Shown here piece by piece: positions 28,076 to 36,460 of a stretch of 45,309 bases of DNA; position 1 is the first letter of the stretch, and each line of letters begins with the position of its first letter. The notes under the pieces were generated by a model. It saw only the letters and a list, made by a program, of their open reading frames with translations. It ran no database searches and was not told the DNA's origin. The position numbers and the translations under genes are program-made. Location: the sequence record SRR22947727_28; one strand, written 5' to 3'.

Positions 28076-28701
28076 TAAAAATAGTTAATAAAATTAATAG
28101 TAAAGTTTTTTATATTCATCCTAATAAGGTAAATTATTGTATTTTTCCTTCAAAATTTTGTGATTATACCCAATTTAACTTAAGTAGAATACATCCACAT
28201 GCTGGAGTTAACAGAGGTGTTTTTGATGAAAACCCTGATGGAAATATTAAATTTAATTCACAAGATTGGGATAAAAAACCAGGTGTAAAATTTACTAGAC
28301 TTTTAGAATTTATAGCTTTGGAAGATCATTACACTGGAAAAAAAAATTGGAAAAAGTCTAATTTTGCAAAAAGAAACGTTAATTTTATCAAATCCAATAA
28401 TAATGTAAGAGGTTATAGTGATTATAAAGATTATTTATTAAATAGAGAGAAAGAAATAGATAGCCTATTTAATTCAATTATCAAAAAAGGTATTTATCCA
28501 AATGAAAACTTAAAAAAAAAGAATTCATTTGCGGATAATGTTTCAGTTGTTTTAACAAAAAAAAAACAATTATATTTCAATAATGTTGGTCATCATAGAC
28601 TTTCGATAGCAAAAATATTAAATTTAAAAGAGATTCCTGTTAAAATAGTTACAGCAAAATCAGAGAAAATATTAAATAAATTTTATTTAATTAATGGATA
28701 G
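28072..28701 (+). CDS. ParB/sulfiredoxin N-terminal-like domain protein (glycan-cluster type)
   Basis: LFNSIIKKGI followed by GHHRLSIAKILNLKEIPV, a variant of the ParB/Srx G-x-H-R motif. TTG start overlaps the upstream remnant's TGA. Confidence 0.7.
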   Translation: MIKIVNKINSKVFYIHPNKVNYCIFPSKFCDYTQFNLSRIHPHAGVNRGVFDENPDGNIKFNSQDWDKKPGVKFTRLLEFIALEDHYTGKKNWKKSNFAKRNVNFIKSNNNVRGYSDYKDYLLNREKEIDSLFNSIIKKGIYPNENLKKKNSFADNVSVVLTKKKQLYFNNVGHHRLSIAKILNLKEIPVKIVTAKSEKILNKFYLING

Positions 28702-28839
28702 CAAATAGAGTATTTTATAGAATTTCCTAGAATAAAAAATATATTGATGTTAAACAACCATCTTATTTTAAAAAATTAACTTAGATTGAATATATAAGTT
28801 AAATGTTAATTGAATAATTAAGTATTAAATTAAAAATCA

Positions 28840-30117
28840 ATGAAAAAATATTTTTCTTTTCTAAAAAGGCAGGTGTTTCATTTTTTAATTTCTATATCAT
28901 GCTATTTAAATATTCCTTCTTTTTGTGCTTATTTAATAAAAAAATCTCTTTTCAAGCCCAAAATTTATAAAAAAAAAGAAAACAAAAAAATTTTTATTGT
29001 TCTATATCGAGAGATTGGCATAAGAGATATCGAAATAATACATAAATCAGCAAATTACAATTTAGAATTTTTATTCTTGAGACGAAGCATCACAAAAGTA
29101 ATTTTATTTTGCTTCTCTAATAGAAAAAAATTTTTTTTTAATTATTTAAATCATCCTGTAAACAAAGATGATTATTTTGATCAAAACTCAATTAACAAAA
29201 AAAATCATGAAGAGTTCTGGAAAGCAGTTATTTTAAATTTAAAAAAATATTTTAATAATAAAACTATAAATCTTATTACTTTTAATTTTGATTACTTGGC
29301 AGAGGCTGCACTTTACATAGGTTGTAAAGAGAATAATATACCTGTGAAATTATGGCACAAAGAAGGTATTCAAACTGATTTGGATTTAGATCATCGAATG
29401 AAAACATCTTTTTTAAAACTACGTCATATGTTTCAATACTTTACTGATATTTCTGTATACAATGAGCGAACCAAAAAAAAATTTATTAGATTAGACAAAA
29501 ATAGTGCAAAAAAAATTAGTGTAAATGGGTGTCCAAGAATAGAAGATTTTATATCAAAAAAGAAATATTATAAACAACCAAGAACCATCTTATTTCTAGC
29601 TTTTGATGTAAGAAGAGGAATTACTAAAATTAAAAGTAATAGTCATTTAAATTTTAATTTATCATTTAATACGGTTGTTAAAATGTTAAATAATCTTGCT
29701 AATAACAAAAAACTTAAGATCATAATAAAATATAAACATAATTCTGGTGATAAAATTGATAATAAAATTAGTAAAAAAATTAAAATATTTAAAACTGGCT
29801 CAGCCGAAAAATTTATTAACAACGCAGATATAATTATAGGTCATAATTCATCAGCAACAATTGAAGCTTTGGTTAGTGGAAAGTGTGTAATGGTTCCTTT
29901 TATAGAAAAAAATTTGAAACTTCGAAAATATTTACTTAATTTTGATAATGATATTGTTTACACTTCAGAGACCCAGATGAGAAAAAAAATTTTAAATCTT
30001 ATAAATAAAAAAGTTATGTTTCCTTTAAATAACAAAAAATATGACAAGACTATTCAATATTATTTGGGAAATCCTAAAAATATTACAGAAAGATATTTAA
30101 AATTTTTAAATAATTAA
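28840..30117 (+). CDS. GT-B-fold protein, putative glycosyl/nonulosonyl- or glycerophosphotransferase
   Basis: HKEG, VNGCPRIE, IIKYKH and ADIIIGHNSSATIEALVSGK motifs resemble the C-terminal GT-B lobe of TagF/capsule-type transferases. Confidence 0.6.
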   Translation: MKKYFSFLKRQVFHFLISISCYLNIPSFCAYLIKKSLFKPKIYKKKENKKIFIVLYREIGIRDIEIIHKSANYNLEFLFLRRSITKVILFCFSNRKKFFFNYLNHPVNKDDYFDQNSINKKNHEEFWKAVILNLKKYFNNKTINLITFNFDYLAEAALYIGCKENNIPVKLWHKEGIQTDLDLDHRMKTSFLKLRHMFQYFTDISVYNERTKKKFIRLDKNSAKKISVNGCPRIEDFISKKKYYKQPRTILFLAFDVRRGITKIKSNSHLNFNLSFNTVVKMLNNLANNKKLKIIIKYKHNSGDKIDNKISKKIKIFKTGSAEKFINNADIIIGHNSSATIEALVSGKCVMVPFIEKNLKLRKYLLNFDNDIVYTSETQMRKKILNLINKKVMFPLNNKKYDKTIQYYLGNPKNITERYLKFLNN

Positions 30118-31907
30118 TGAAAAAAATTAAAAAGATTTTATCTATTTTAACATTAAGTGAACGTAAAAATGCATTTTTGTTGATGATAATGATCTTAATA
30201 ATGGCCTTGCTAGATATGATTGGTGTGGCATCAATCTTGCCTTTTATGTCAGTGATTAGCAATCCAAGTCTTATTGAGACAAACTTCTTTTTAAATACTA
30301 TGTTTGAGGCCTCAAGCATTTTTGGAATTAAAAATAATCAAGAGTTTCTTTTTGCCCTAGGTTTAGGAGTATTTATAACACTAGTTGTCTCAATCGCTTT
30401 CAAAGCTTTTACAACTTACGCTCAAGTTCGATTTATTGAAATGAGAAATTACAGTATTTCTAAACGTTTAATTGAGGGCTATCTGCATCAGCCTTATAGC
30501 TGGTTTTTAAATCGTCATAGTGCTGATCTTGGAAAAACTATCTTATCAGAAGTAAATCAAGTAGTAAGAACTTCTATAAAAGCATTGATAGATTTAATAG
30601 CCAAAAGTATGGTTACGATTTTACTTATAGCTTTATTAATTGCAGCTAACCCAAAACTTGCGCTGATAGTTGGTTTTACAATTACTGGAGCTTATGGACT
30701 TTTTTACTATTTTATACGTAACTATCTTAATCAAATTGGAGTAGTTCGTTTAAAAAATAATGAATATCGGTTTTTAGCAATTAGTGAGGCATTTGGTGCC
30801 GCAAAAGAAGTCAAAGTTGGAGGATTAGAACAAACTTATATTAAGCGTTATGCTGATCCTGCTAAAATTTTAGCTCTCAAAAATGCAGCAGCATCACTTA
30901 TAGCTACACTACCTCGATTTTTTCTTGAAGTAATAGCCTTTGGAGGAATTATATTAATGATACTTTATATAATGAAACAAACTGGTAACTTTAACCAAGC
31001 TTTGCCCATTATTAGTTTATATGTTTTTGCTGGCTATCGCTTGATGCCAGCGATACAACAGATATATTCTTCTTTTACTAACCTTGCTGTTGGTGCTCCT
31101 TCACTTGATAAGTTACATGAGGATATTAAAAACCTTAGACCATTTAAAATAAATAGAGAAGAAGATATTTTGTCATTTGAAAAAAAAATCAGTCTAAAAA
31201 ATATTTATTATAATTACCCAAATGCATCCCGAACAGCTCTGAAGAATATATGTTTAGATATTCCTGTAAAATCTACTGTTGGTTTAGTAGGAGCCACTGG
31301 TAGTGGCAAAACTACAACTGTGGATATTATTTTGGGATTACTTGAGGCTCAAAAAGGAACTTTAGAAGTAGATGGAAAAATTATAACAAACCAAAATTCA
31401 AGATCTTGGCAACGATCCATTGGTTATGTTCCACAGCATATTTTTCTTGCTGATGATACAATTGCAAGCAATATTGCTTTTGGGGTAGATCGTAAGTATG
31501 TTAAACAAGAAACTATTGAAAAAGTATCTAAAATTGCAAATTTACATGATTTTATTGTAGATGAATTGCCTAACCAATATCAAACAACAATAGGTGAGCG
31601 TGGAGTTAGATTGTCTGGTGGACAACGACAACGTATTGGAATTGCACGGGCTTTATATCATAACCCTCAAATACTTATTCTAGATGAGGCGACAAGTGCA
31701 TTAGATAATAAAACAGAAAAAGCAATAATGGATGAGGTAAATAATTTAGGTAATAATATTACAATCATCATAATTGCCCACCGTCTAAGTACTGTAAAAA
31801 AATGTGATCAAATCTATTTGCTTGAGAAGGGTGAGTTAAAAAATCAAGGTACATTTAACGAATTATTGAAAACAAGTGAAAATTTTCGTATAAATGCAAA
31901 TAACTAA
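30117..31907 (+). CDS. ABC transporter, fused permease/ATPase (PglK/Wzk-like lipid-linked glycan flippase)
   Basis: N-terminal TM helices, YRLMP, Walker A GATGSGKT, YVPQ, LSGGQRQR, ILDEATSALD and IAHR motifs. Confidence 0.93.
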   Translation: MKKIKKILSILTLSERKNAFLLMIMILIMALLDMIGVASILPFMSVISNPSLIETNFFLNTMFEASSIFGIKNNQEFLFALGLGVFITLVVSIAFKAFTTYAQVRFIEMRNYSISKRLIEGYLHQPYSWFLNRHSADLGKTILSEVNQVVRTSIKALIDLIAKSMVTILLIALLIAANPKLALIVGFTITGAYGLFYYFIRNYLNQIGVVRLKNNEYRFLAISEAFGAAKEVKVGGLEQTYIKRYADPAKILALKNAAASLIATLPRFFLEVIAFGGIILMILYIMKQTGNFNQALPIISLYVFAGYRLMPAIQQIYSSFTNLAVGAPSLDKLHEDIKNLRPFKINREEDILSFEKKISLKNIYYNYPNASRTALKNICLDIPVKSTVGLVGATGSGKTTTVDIILGLLEAQKGTLEVDGKIITNQNSRSWQRSIGYVPQHIFLADDTIASNIAFGVDRKYVKQETIEKVSKIANLHDFIVDELPNQYQTTIGERGVRLSGGQRQRIGIARALYHNPQILILDEATSALDNKTEKAIMDEVNNLGNNITIIIIAHRLSTVKKCDQIYLLEKGELKNQGTFNELLKTSENFRINANN

Positions 31908-31962
31908 TAACTAAATTAAAGCATTGTAGATATCCCAAATATGCATTTGATTAATCATTTAA

Positions 31963-32127
31963 ATTAATAAAAAATTAACTGTTAATAAATTATGGAAAAA
32001 TTACGATACTAAAGAAGCATACGATGGTTATTTTACTAAAGATAAAAAACTTAGAAAACATGCTTCAGTAATCTCAAGTATACTAGAAAGATATGGAAAA
32101 AATAAACTACAAAAAAAATTTAAATGA
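31963..32127 (+). pseudogene. Start-less N-terminal fragment resembling a circularly permuted type 2 ATP-grasp protein
   Basis: Open frame INKKLTVNKLWKNYDTKEAYDGYFTKDKKLRKHASVISSILERYGKNKLQKKFK*. The W..Y.....YD.YF......R.H pattern recalls that family's N-terminus (recognised from memory). No ATG in frame. Confidence 0.5.
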
Positions 32128-33317
32128 CTTTTAAATTCCCTCCACGAAATGCACTTGGTGCTAAAGAGAAGAAAGCCATTAAACAGGTAGTTGAGTTTTA
32201 TAAAAAAAAAAAAGTTGATCCAGGATACCAAGGTTATTTTGAGGACAAACTTTGTAAAAAATTTTCTTCAATGATGGGAGGTGGTTATACCGATGCTTGT
32301 TCCTCTGGTACTGCAGCCACATTTATAGCTATTAGTGCATTAAATTTGAAAAAAGGAAGTGAGGTATTAATTTCACCTGTCACGGACAGTGGACCATTGA
32401 ATGCATTGATATTACTTGGATTAAAACCTAAACTAATCGATAGCTCTCCTAATAATTACAATGTAAGTGCGGCTCAATTTTTAAAAAGAGTTTCAAAAAA
32501 AACTAAGGCAGCAATTATAATGCATATTGGAGGAGAAACTTCAGATATTCATAAAATCTGCATAGAAGCTAAAAAAAGAAAAATTAAAATTATAGAAGAC
32601 TGCAGTCAAGCTCCATTTGCAAAAAGTATTTGGTCAAAAAAATATTTCAAAAAATGTAATAATAAATTTGTTGGAAGTTATGGAGATATAAGTTTTTTTT
32701 CAACAATGTTTTCTAAAACAATTTCATCATGTGGGAGTTCAGGATTAGTTTTTACGAAGAGTAAAAAATTATATCATAACGTTTTAGCGCATGCTGACAG
32801 AGGCAAACCAGTATGGAAGCAAAATCTTAATTTAAAAGATCCTTCAACAGCATTATTTCCAGCTTTAAATTTTAATACAAATGAATTTTCATCAGCTATT
32901 ACTTTTGCTTCTCTTAGTAGAGTTAAAGAAACAATTAAAAATAGAATTAATTTTTTGAGAAAATTAAATTCTTATTTAGCTAAATCATGTATTTGTTATA
33001 TAAAATATAGAAATTTTTCTTTATTTTCACCATTTTATATATCAGTTAGCTTAAGAACAAATTTATTAAAAGTTAATAAACTGAAATTTGTAGATGAAAT
33101 TCAAAAAGAAGGTGTACCTCTTTTAAATTCTTATGGATGTGTAATTTCTGAGTGGAAATGGGCAAAAAAGTATCTTGCGGATAAATTTGTAACAAACAAT
33201 GCCATAGATTTTAAAAATAAATCATTTAATTTGTTTTTGAATGAAAATTATGGATTACGAGAAGTAAAATATATTATCAAAAAAATTTTGAAAGTAGAGA
33301 AGAAATACATAAAATAA
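32124..33317 (+). CDS. DegT/DnrJ/EryC1/StrS sugar aminotransferase (divergent)
   Basis: SSGTAA, EDCSQA, VGSYGDISFFS and SKTISSCGSSG (Lys retained; GEGG replaced by GSSG). Confidence 0.87.
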   Translation: MTFKFPPRNALGAKEKKAIKQVVEFYKKKKVDPGYQGYFEDKLCKKFSSMMGGGYTDACSSGTAATFIAISALNLKKGSEVLISPVTDSGPLNALILLGLKPKLIDSSPNNYNVSAAQFLKRVSKKTKAAIIMHIGGETSDIHKICIEAKKRKIKIIEDCSQAPFAKSIWSKKYFKKCNNKFVGSYGDISFFSTMFSKTISSCGSSGLVFTKSKKLYHNVLAHADRGKPVWKQNLNLKDPSTALFPALNFNTNEFSSAITFASLSRVKETIKNRINFLRKLNSYLAKSCICYIKYRNFSLFSPFYISVSLRTNLLKVNKLKFVDEIQKEGVPLLNSYGCVISEWKWAKKYLADKFVTNNAIDFKNKSFNLFLNENYGLREVKYIIKKILKVEKKYIK

Positions 33318-33347
33318 TTAATTATATTTTTTTAATAATTTACCAAA

Positions 33348-33914
33348 TTAAATATTTTTAGAAAAAAATAAAAAATCTTTTATTTTTGTGTTCCATCCAT
33401 CTTTTAAAAAATTTAAGATAATTTGTGATTCCTTTTTGCTTTTATAATGTTGGTTGTTATCATCTTTTATTTCAATAGAACTATCATTTAAAAAATAATT
33501 TTCAAAATTTTCACAAAAATCATATTCTGCAGCATTAGTTATGTTTACAAATAATTCCTTAAACGTATTATTTTCATCATAAGCAATTTCTTTTTGAGAA
33601 TATATAAGGCCTTCATCAATTCTACTTGTATTGATTTGATAAATTGTATAACCAATTGGATGTTTGTTATAAATTGACCAAACTATCGGATATATTCCTC
33701 TCCCATAAGGTAAAATAGATGGATGAAGATTAAATATTTTTTTTTTTAAAGCATCATTTTTAAATATTTTTCCATAACCATATGAGATTATATAGTCCAC
33801 TTCATGAAGATATTTTTGATAATCTTCAAATTCATCTATAAATTTGTATTTATATTTTTTAAATTTTTCTATGTTTAGATTTTTGCAATATTTTCCAGCA
33901 AAAATTATGTTCAT
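33348..33914 (-). CDS. Sugar N-formyltransferase (formyl_trans_N)
   Basis: ISYGY, NLHPSILPYGRG and GYTIYQI...IDEG (Asn/His/Asp triad). Confidence 0.87.
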   Translation of the reverse strand: MNIIFAGKYCKNLNIEKFKKYKYKFIDEFEDYQKYLHEVDYIISYGYGKIFKNDALKKKIFNLHPSILPYGRGIYPIVWSIYNKHPIGYTIYQINTSRIDEGLIYSQKEIAYDENNTFKELFVNITNAAEYDFCENFENYFLNDSSIEIKDDNNQHYKSKKESQIILNFLKDGWNTKIKDFLFFSKNI

Positions 33915-35074
33915 TATATTTTAAATTCTTCACCCATGACAGGACCAGTCCATAGATTATTCTCAATATCTTTTTTAATTAACATTGCTTGATATATGCA
34001 ATCATCAATATCAACTTCATATCTATAACTTCCAGCTCTTCCAATTGAATAAGTTCCAGGTACAAATTTTTTAAAATATTTCTTAGCTTTTTTTTGTTCT
34101 GATTTTATAGGTACTGGATAATATCTTCCATTTGTTGAAGGAATTTCTAATCCTATTAAAGTTGTATTTGACTTGTGTTTTGTAAATTTTTTATACTCGA
34201 CTAACCTTGTAAATTTTTCTTTGTTTGGGTAATATAAAAAGAAAACATCTTTGGGAAACACTTCTTTTACGGGCAAAACAATTTTATGAAAGTCTCTTCC
34301 AATAAATCCTAGTTTACCATGTTTAAAATTAAAAATTTCATCTGGTGAAATTGTATTAATTAAAACATCAAACTTTTCTTTTTTATTATTAATGTAAGCT
34401 ACTCTTTTTTTTAGATTTATGTTTTTTACAATAGATTTAAAAAAAATTTTTACATTTCTTATTTTCTTAATATGATCAAAATATTTATTATATCCATCTG
34501 AAGCATATGGATAACAAGATATGTGATCATCAAAAGCTGCTCTAGATCCCTTTTTAATTGTATAACCTTTTGGTGACCAATTAAATGTATCTAGCTTTTT
34601 ATTACTATCAACTAACCACATCTTTTTATTATAATTATCAATAATTTTACTGTAAAGAGTTGGCCCTATTGATTTAAGCCAAAACTCTTCTAAATTCTTG
34701 GCTTTAATTTTTTTATTTGAATTTTTTTTTAGTTCTTTTTTTATCAATTTTTTATCAGGCATTTGTTCAATATCATTGGTATTGATAGGATAATTATAAA
34801 ATTGATTATCTTTTTCGACATAGCTTTTAAACTGATGATAGTTACAATTCCTTAATTTAATAAACTTATTTAAATAATCGTATGTTTCTTTTTTTGTTGT
34901 AAGAAAATGTCTTGGACCAAAAGTATAAGGATGACCGCCATATGTAAAAGTTCTGACACCAGCTCCTAAAAAATTAGATTTTTCAACAATTTTGACATTA
35001 ACACCTTTTAATTTAGAAAGCATTTCTGCAGACGCGCATCCGGCAAAGCCACCTCCGATAATTAAAATTTTCAT
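33914..35074 (-). CDS. UDP-galactopyranose mutase-like FAD-dependent pyranose-furanose mutase (divergent)
   Basis: IIGGGFAG, FGPRHF, YNYP, YNKKMW, YP..DGY, FTRLVEYK, YYP and GRAGSYRY motifs. Confidence 0.82.
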   Translation of the reverse strand: MKILIIGGGFAGCASAEMLSKLKGVNVKIVEKSNFLGAGVRTFTYGGHPYTFGPRHFLTTKKETYDYLNKFIKLRNCNYHQFKSYVEKDNQFYNYPINTNDIEQMPDKKLIKKELKKNSNKKIKAKNLEEFWLKSIGPTLYSKIIDNYNKKMWLVDSNKKLDTFNWSPKGYTIKKGSRAAFDDHISCYPYASDGYNKYFDHIKKIRNVKIFFKSIVKNINLKKRVAYINNKKEKFDVLINTISPDEIFNFKHGKLGFIGRDFHKIVLPVKEVFPKDVFFLYYPNKEKFTRLVEYKKFTKHKSNTTLIGLEIPSTNGRYYPVPIKSEQKKAKKYFKKFVPGTYSIGRAGSYRYEVDIDDCIYQAMLIKKDIENNLWTGPVMGEEFKI

Positions 35075-35125
35075 GAATTTAACTCTTCTATTTAATATCT
35101 TATAAATTACAAGTAATAAATTAAT

Positions 35126-35992
35126 ATGAAAAATCTTGTCCTAGGAGTTTCTGGAGGAATTGGCAGATATTATTTGGAAAGATCTAAAAATAAATTCAAT
35201 ATTTATTCCTCAAGAAAAGTAAATATTAAAAAAAAAATTATTAAGATTAATCCCAATCCGAAAATTATTGAAAAAATATTAAAAAAAGAAAATATTTCCT
35301 CGGTTATAATATTTACAGCTATAAGCAAACCAGAAGAATGTAAAAAAAATAAAAAACTAAGTAGAAAAATAAATATAAATTTTATTAAAAAATTAATAAA
35401 AATTTTGATTAGATATAATATTTATTTTATTTTCTTTTCATCTGAATATGTGTACTCAGGACAAAAAAAATCAAATAGAAAATATAGTGAGAGTTCAAAA
35501 ATTAATACAAAGATGCTTTATGGGAAACAAAAAATTGAGATAGAGAATTATTTAAAACAAATAAACTATAGAAATTATTCTATACTGAGATTAGCAAAAA
35601 CTTTTGGAGATATTTCTAATGATGGATCTCTTTTTACTGATATCCTAGATAAATACAAAAAAGGTATACGAAAATTCAAAGTTGCCTCAGATCAATTTTT
35701 TTGTCCTCTTTTTGTAAATGATTTAATAAAAATCATTGACATTTTTGTTAAAAAAAAAATTTACGGCACTTACAATGTGTGTGGAGATTCTTTTAAAAGT
35801 AGATATGATTTTATTAAATATATGTTTAATTTTTTTAATATTAAAGATGTTGAATTAAAAAAATGTACAATTAATGAATTTGATCATGGTATTTATTATC
35901 CTAAAAAGTTAAATTTATCTAATGCAAAAATAAAAAAAAAAATAAAATTTAAATTTTTAAAACTTAATAATTTTTTTAAAAAAATAAAATGA
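35126..35992 (+). CDS. RmlD-like NDP-4-keto-sugar reductase
   Basis: LVLGVSGGIG, SSEYVYSG, YGKQK..E, ILRL and DQFFCP.FV.D motifs. Confidence 0.82.
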   Translation: MKNLVLGVSGGIGRYYLERSKNKFNIYSSRKVNIKKKIIKINPNPKIIEKILKKENISSVIIFTAISKPEECKKNKKLSRKININFIKKLIKILIRYNIYFIFFSSEYVYSGQKKSNRKYSESSKINTKMLYGKQKIEIENYLKQINYRNYSILRLAKTFGDISNDGSLFTDILDKYKKGIRKFKVASDQFFCPLFVNDLIKIIDIFVKKKIYGTYNVCGDSFKSRYDFIKYMFNFFNIKDVELKKCTINEFDHGIYYPKKLNLSNAKIKKKIKFKFLKLNNFFKKIK

Positions 35993-36429
35993 ATTATCAA
36001 TTTGTAAAATTTGCTAAATCTATAACTTTAAAAAACTTTTTAAAAAAGAAAATGCCAGCAAATACAAATGTGTTTCGTTATAACTTTCATAAGGATAATA
36101 ATGATAAAGATCAGCTAATGATGATATGGCAAATTAAAAATTATTTCTTCCCTCCAAAAAAATTTTTAGATACATCAAAAACTTATTTTTTACTTAAAGG
36201 AAAGTTAAATATTTTTATATTTAATTCTAAAGGAAAAGTTATTCAAAAGCATTATCTTAATAACTCAAATCCTATATGTAAAATAAAAAAAAATATTTAT
36301 CATGCAGATGTTGCTAAAACAAAAATAGCTATACATTGTGAAATTACTAATCATTCATTTGTTAAACGTAAAATCAAATTTTTAGATAAAAAATATTTAT
36401 CTAAAATTAAAAAAAAAATAATAAATTGA
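35989..36429 (+). CDS. WbuC-like cupin protein (degenerate)
   Basis: RYNFH....D..QLM, YFFPPKK, YFLLKG, IFNSKG and IYH pattern of WbuC cupins. Confidence 0.6.
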   Translation: MNYQFVKFAKSITLKNFLKKKMPANTNVFRYNFHKDNNDKDQLMMIWQIKNYFFPPKKFLDTSKTYFLLKGKLNIFIFNSKGKVIQKHYLNNSNPICKIKKNIYHADVAKTKIAIHCEITNHSFVKRKIKFLDKKYLSKIKKKIIN

Positions 36430-36460
36430 ATTTAAATAAAATAAAGTATAGCTCTCTATA

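Noticed and set aside
28072-28701. Chromosome or plasmid partition system
   Set aside because: No ParA, no HTH/DNA-binding region, and no parS-like repeat noticed.
19630-32213. A/T homopolymer runs of about 11-12 nt (e.g. near 19630, 23360, 26430, 32202) as phase-variation switches
   Set aside because: All are in-frame poly-Lys codons in very AT-rich DNA and none interrupts an ORF. Read-level length variation would be needed to support switching.
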